DNA from: Mycobacterium sp.
Lineage (GTDB): Bacteria; Actinomycetota; Actinomycetes; Mycobacteriales; Mycobacteriaceae
Assembly: GCA_035492865.1 (NCBI GenBank)
Contig: DATJIX010000156.1
Span: forward strand, 1-53,792
Reading direction: 5' to 3'
Length of the DNA: 53,792 nt
This document shows positions 53,302 to 53,792 of the stretch, piece after piece. Position numbers and translations under genes: made by a program. Under the pieces are notes generated by a model that did no database searches, had not been told where the DNA came from, and was given only the letters and a program-made list of their open reading frames with translations. The stretch's first letter is position 1. Every line of letters starts with the position of its first letter.

Positions 53302-53792
53302 GTGAGTGTGGTCAACGCGTTCTTGTCGACATGGTCGAACGCGCGGCAGACGTTCGGCGAGGGCGAGCCTCAGACGGGCGCGCAGTACGACAACAGCGGG
53401 GCGCTGCGCGGGCTGCAATCAACGGTGGAATCGGCCGCCCCCGGATCGAAATGGACGGGCGGCGCGGCCAATGCCTACGGCGCGGCCAACACCGACCACG
53501 CTCGGGTCTTTGGTCAGCTGGCCGGGCTGGATCAGCGGCTGAGCGCACACGTGGATGAGTCGGCGCAGGTGGTGGCAGCCGGACGGCGCGACCTCGACGC
53601 GGTGCGCAAGTGGGTGGTGGACGCGACCGCTAGCACGCCGCAGGGGCAGGCCGGCGAACAGGCGCGGCTGGCGATCGTGCAGAAGGGCGTGAGTCAGGTC
53701 CAGGAGATCATCCAAAGATCCCACGGTGAGCTGAGCGCGATCGGCGGGAAGATCCGCGGACTCGACAGCGAGTACCAAGCGCTGGGCAACCA
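53302..53792 (+). CDS. EspA/EspE-like N-terminal-domain protein, probable type VII secretion substrate (3' truncated by window)
   Basis: Not in the ORF track. From GTG 53302: VSVVNAFLSTWSNARQTFGEGEP...SAAPGSKWTGGAANAYGAAN..HAR...LAGLDQRL, helical with a WxG motif, open to the window end. Confidence 0.8.
   Translation, partial: MSVVNAFLSTWSNARQTFGEGEPQTGAQYDNSGALRGLQSTVESAAPGSKWTGGAANAYGAANTDHARVFGQLAGLDQRLSAHVDESAQVVAAGRRDLDAVRKWVVDATASTPQGQAGEQARLAIVQKGVSQVQEIIQRSHGELSAIGGKIRGLDSEYQALGN

Overview
High-GC mycobacterial chromosome segment, probably from a rapid-growing Mycolicibacterium-type organism, collinear with the M. tuberculosis Rv3591c-Rv3635 region. The core runs mhuD, lpqF, clpC1, lsr2, lysS, coaX-panD-panC-Rv3603c-like, folK-folB-folP-folE, ftsH, ephA-LLM monooxygenase, lpqG, hpt-tilS-Rv3626c-like-dacB, ppa, Rv3630-ppgS-Rv3632-like, galE1 and Rv3635-like. 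Accessory modules are interleaved: TetR/NmrA, a GlxA-type AraC regulator, a cobalamin-riboswitch cbtBA operon, a PLP deaminase, a molybdopterin oxidoreductase, an orphan OHCU-decarboxylase-like gene, a secreted 4-Cys peptide pair, an acyltransferase-3, a yybP-ykoY riboswitch with terC, and an EspA/EspE-type T7SS substrate cut by the window edge. The strongest candidates for new biology are four. (1) An apparent six-gene operon links dedA, an epsilon-poly-L-lysine-synthetase-like NRPS and an M1 peptidase to the polyprenyl-phospho-GalNAc (ppgS) cell-wall genes. (2) A two-bulged-A hairpin resembling the pan RNA motif leads the pantothenate operon. (3) Synonymous AT enrichment inside lysS, upstream of lsr2, may be a coding-embedded Lsr2 autoregulatory platform. 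(4) A small secreted Cys/Trp-rich peptide is co-transcribed with a secreted partner. I saw no rRNA, tRNA, CRISPR array, transposase or integrase. All assignments come from reading motifs and recalled family knowledge; no searches were run.
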